In this document: piece after piece, positions 60,713-64,000 of the stretch | Layout of the letters: every line of letters starts with the position of its first letter | Position numbering within the stretch: the stretch's first letter is position 1 | Assembly: GCA_965205485.1 (NCBI GenBank) | Contig: OZ242180.1 | Span: 2,528,001 to 2,592,000 of the forward strand | DNA: 64,000 nucleotides | Origin: Candidatus Latescibacterota bacterium | GTDB lineage: Bacteria; Latescibacterota; UBA2968; GCA-2709665 | Direction of reading: 5' to 3' | Position numbers and translations under genes: made by a program | Notes under the pieces: generated by a model | Told to the model about the DNA's origin: nothing | The model's input: only the letters and a program-made list of their open reading frames with translations | The model's database searches: none

Positions 60713-61687
60713 ATGAGGCGCATATATCGGATCGGCTTTGCGGCGCTTGTCGGCGTCCTCTTGCTGGGCGCCCCGGCGTTGGCCGACATCTCCAACCAGA
60801 CCCCGGTGGGCGAGACCTACGCGGCCTTCCTGGAAATTTCCCAGAGCGCGCGCGCCGCCGGGATGGGCGACGCGTACGTGGCCGTGGCGGACGACGTCAA
60901 TTCCGTGTTCTGGAATCCCGCCGGGCTCACGGCCATGACGCCCAATCGGCTGCAGTTCGCATTCACGAACACCAGGTGGCTCCTGGAGTCCCAATTGAAC
61001 TCCGCGGCGATCGGCGTCAATACGGACTACGGCGCCCTCGCCCTGAGTCTGGTGGCGTTCAATACGGGCGATATCGAAGAAACCACCATTTTCAATCCGG
61101 AGGGAACCGGCCGGATCCTGGACACCGGAAGCTGGGCGGTGGGCGGGGTCTATGCCAGGCAGTTTACCGAGCGCTTCTCGGTGGGATTCCAGGCGCGGGT
61201 GATCGAGGAAAAGCTCGACACGGGTTACGATTACCGCGTTTTCGACTTGGCGGTCGGCACGTTCTACCATACCGGATACCGGAGCCTGCGCATCGGCATG
61301 TCTCTGCGCAACTTCGGGAAGGACCTCGTACTCCTCACGGACGAAGCCATCAAGGGCAAGATGCCGGTTTTCTTCAGCATGGCAACCGCGGCTGAGGTCT
61401 ACGGGGAACGCGGGGAAGACGTCTCGCTGACCGGCGCGGTCGAGGCGCTCTACAGCGTGAGCGTCGAACGGCGGATGCACGTGGGCGCCGAACTCTGGCT
61501 GCGGAACATCGTCGCGCTTCGGGCCGGTTACAAGCTGGGCTACGACGTGCAGGACGTTACCGCCGGGGCGGGCGTCCGGATTCAGCGCGGGATTCATCAC
61601 GTGCAGGCGGATTTCGCCTACGTGAAGTTCGACCATTTTCCCGATAACGGCGCGACCCTGCGGTTTTCCGTAACCGGATCGTTCTGA
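60713..61687 (+). CDS. PorV/PorQ (UPF0164) family outer membrane protein
   Basis: FLEISQSARAAGMGDAYVAVADD..SVFWNPAGL, LRAGY; terminal F. Confidence 0.88.
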   Translation: MRRIYRIGFAALVGVLLLGAPALADISNQTPVGETYAAFLEISQSARAAGMGDAYVAVADDVNSVFWNPAGLTAMTPNRLQFAFTNTRWLLESQLNSAAIGVNTDYGALALSLVAFNTGDIEETTIFNPEGTGRILDTGSWAVGGVYARQFTERFSVGFQARVIEEKLDTGYDYRVFDLAVGTFYHTGYRSLRIGMSLRNFGKDLVLLTDEAIKGKMPVFFSMATAAEVYGERGEDVSLTGAVEALYSVSVERRMHVGAELWLRNIVALRAGYKLGYDVQDVTAGAGVRIQRGIHHVQADFAYVKFDHFPDNGATLRFSVTGSF

Positions 61688-61775
61688 CCGAACAGAAGCG
61701 CAATTCGAATGAACCGCCAGGCGGCTTTGTTTCGCGACAGGGCCGCCTGTCTGTTTACCGGGGAGATGTCGGTAC

Positions 61776-64000
61776 ATGAAAGATCGACAATGGCGGTGTG
61801 TTCGCCTGTTGTTGGTTTCTGCGCTGATCATCGCCTTGCAATTGCCGGTTAACGCGCCTGCCGCCGGAACGTCGTTGTCTGAACTGGATGCCGTGTACGC
61901 AAGGGGCCTGAAAGCCCGTGACGTGCCGGCGGTGGTGGCGGCGGCGAAGGCGTTGGAACGGGCTCTTGTCGACCATCCGGACCACGCGGGACTCATTCTG
62001 AACCGGGTTGGCATGCTGTACCTGCGGGTGGGCAGAGCTCGGGACGCGCGCTCGGCATTTGAACGGGCGGTGGGATTCGACCCGAAGCTGGCCACGGCGC
62101 ATTGCGGCCTCGGACGGGTGGCCCTGGAACTGGAAGGAGACCCCGAAGCGGCGTTGCCTCATCTGGAAGCAGCCCTGGTGGCCGATCCCACGTATACCTG
62201 GACGCACACGTATCTGGCGCGGGCCCTGGCTCAGGTCGGGCACCAGCTTCTTGTAGCCGGCGCCCCGGACAGTGCGCGCACGGCGTTTGAACGGGCGGTT
62301 GGATTCAATCCGAAACAGACCACCGCGCATAGCGGCCTGGGCAGGCTGGCGCTCGAACAGGCGTCCGACCCGGAGGCGGCGCTGCCGCATCTGGAAGCCG
62401 CACTGAGCGCCGATTCCACCAATGCCGAAGCGCACTACCTGCTTGCCAGGGCCTACCAGGAAACCGGGCGCCCGGGGGCGAGGCAGGCTGCGGACCGGGC
62501 GCTTCAGTACAACTCCAGGTATGCGCCCGCCCATCTGCTGCTGGCCGAATCACACCGTGAGGAGGGAGACCTTCATGGTGCGATGGTCTACTTCGAAAAG
62601 TACCTGGAGCTGAAGCCCGCGGACCAGGAAGGAGCGCTGGCATTTGCCGGAGAGTTGCTGGAAAACGGAAGATTCAAAGAGGTCGAAACCCTCACGTCAC
62701 TGATGTCCGACGACCTCGCGCTGCCGCTGCTGGCGCAGGCGCTGATGGCGCGGGGCGATTACGAAGGCGCCCTGCGGGGGTTCAAGGTTTACGTCGAAAG
62801 TCTGGAACCGGAAGAACAGGCGCTTTACCGGGACATCTCGCTGGTGGGTCTGCCGCATGAAATCGATGCGTATCGCAACACACCCCCCGAAAAGCGGGCC
62901 GCGTTTCTGCAGCGCTTCTGGCTCCGCCACGACCCGTTCAAGGCCTCACGGGGCGCAATGCGTCGCGCCGAGCACTATCGTCGGGTATGGTACGCGAGGA
63001 CAAATTTCGGAACGCTGAAGTGGCCCTGGGACCGCCGCGGCGAAGTGTACATCAGGTACGGGGAACCGGACTACCGCTCCTCCTCGATCCAGCCGAATCC
63101 AAAGATCCCGCCGGCGGTCGAACGTGTGCAGGACAATATGGCCTACCAGCTGTACGGCACTCAGGGCGTGGGCATCAGCTACGTAGGACCTGTCTTTCCC
63201 GTCCGAACCGATCTGGGATCCTTTCTGGAGCCCAGCGAGGACATCCGGCGCGACCTGCAGGCTGCTGTAATCGAGGAGCTCGATCTGGCCGTGTTTGCAC
63301 CCGATCAGGCCGAACCGGGCGCCGATGGCAATCCCGCCGCGTCACCGCAGCAACTGATAGATCTCGAAGACTCTCCCATTGAGGCCGGCATCGATCTGGA
63401 TCCCGAATTCGCGATCGGGCTGAGCGGATGGAAGCCGGTAACGACGGGGCACAACTGGGCGTCGGTGCCCTGGGAGGTCTGGGTATACGCGGGCGTGGGA
63501 AAGGGACTGGAAGTCGCCTTCACGGATGAACGGAACTCCGGCGTATACGACTATGCGCCAGTCCCCGGTGTAAGCAGCCAGGATCTCAAGAACCTCGATG
63601 AAGACCCCCATGTGGGGCAGATGGCCTATGTGCGGCTCATGCAGCGGCTGACGGAACTGGCGCCTGCAACCCGTGTTGCGTCCGTGTCGCGCGAGGAGCC
63701 GGAGTACTTCAGCGTATCGGGTTTCGAGGCGCTCGACTTCAGCTACGACGTGGTCACTTTCCGTGGCAAGAACGGCGGAACGGAAATCCAGGTCAACGTC
63801 GGCATTCCCATTGAGCATGTCGCGCTGCCCGGGGATACGGACGACGACGTGATGGTCAACCGGCGGGTCGCGCTGATGGACGTCCGGTACACGAAGGTGC
63901 TGGCGCTGCAGCAGGACCTGGAGGTGCCCGTCTCGGGGCGGCGGCGTGACCGTGCCCTTCTGGACCGGGTGGATCTCCTGGACGTGCTGCCGGGGGACTA
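61776..64000 (+). CDS. TPR + GWxTD domain protein, 3' end outside window
   Basis: Manual translation from ATG 61776: signal peptide, TPRs, then RFWLRHDP...EHYRRVWYARTNF...WDRRGEVYIRYGEPD. Confidence 0.85.
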   Translation, partial: MKDRQWRCVRLLLVSALIIALQLPVNAPAAGTSLSELDAVYARGLKARDVPAVVAAAKALERALVDHPDHAGLILNRVGMLYLRVGRARDARSAFERAVGFDPKLATAHCGLGRVALELEGDPEAALPHLEAALVADPTYTWTHTYLARALAQVGHQLLVAGAPDSARTAFERAVGFNPKQTTAHSGLGRLALEQASDPEAALPHLEAALSADSTNAEAHYLLARAYQETGRPGARQAADRALQYNSRYAPAHLLLAESHREEGDLHGAMVYFEKYLELKPADQEGALAFAGELLENGRFKEVETLTSLMSDDLALPLLAQALMARGDYEGALRGFKVYVESLEPEEQALYRDISLVGLPHEIDAYRNTPPEKRAAFLQRFWLRHDPFKASRGAMRRAEHYRRVWYARTNFGTLKWPWDRRGEVYIRYGEPDYRSSSIQPNPKIPPAVERVQDNMAYQLYGTQGVGISYVGPVFPVRTDLGSFLEPSEDIRRDLQAAVIEELDLAVFAPDQAEPGADGNPAASPQQLIDLEDSPIEAGIDLDPEFAIGLSGWKPVTTGHNWASVPWEVWVYAGVGKGLEVAFTDERNSGVYDYAPVPGVSSQDLKNLDEDPHVGQMAYVRLMQRLTELAPATRVASVSREEPEYFSVSGFEALDFSYDVVTFRGKNGGTEIQVNVGIPIEHVALPGDTDDDVMVNRRVALMDVRYTKVLALQQDLEVPVSGRRRDRALLDRVDLLDVLPGD

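Overview
GC-rich bacterial genomic window. The gene repertoire (TonB receptor, T9SS-CTD-like secreted protein, PorV/PorQ-family barrel, GWxTD/TPR protein, dockerin/EF-hand-tagged protein, CRTAC1) suggests a non-Bacteroidota FCB-group organism such as Ca. Latescibacterota; this is inference only. 1-5.6 kb: RND efflux operon (TolC, MFP, AcrB; runs off the left edge). 5.6-27.5 kb: accessory/defence island with solo antitoxins, an AAA-DUF4143 ATPase, a PLP aminotransferase, an IS3 element and a truncated Type I hsdR. It also holds a lower-GC four-gene cassette (N4/N6 DNA methyltransferase, SF2 helicase, PD-(D/E)xK-like protein, MORC/GHKL ATPase), which is the best candidate for an undescribed defence system, plus a hairpin-repeat array around a four-helix-bundle gene and a ParA-X-VapC module. 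27.9-51.3 kb: catabolic/transport cluster with two Gfo/Idh/MocA oxidoreductases, three tandem homocysteine S-methyltransferase paralogues, a transglutaminase-like protein, an M14 peptidase, CRTAC1, a peptide ABC transporter and a PcRGLX/YetA-like protein. Its intergenic spaces contain several repeat families, including two copies of a ~600-700 bp highly structured non-coding element. 51.3-64 kb: TPR protein and an outer-membrane/secretion cluster (runs off the right edge). Many genes carry single-base frameshifts in short homopolymers, most likely sequencing/assembly errors. No rRNA, tRNA or CRISPR array was recognised.
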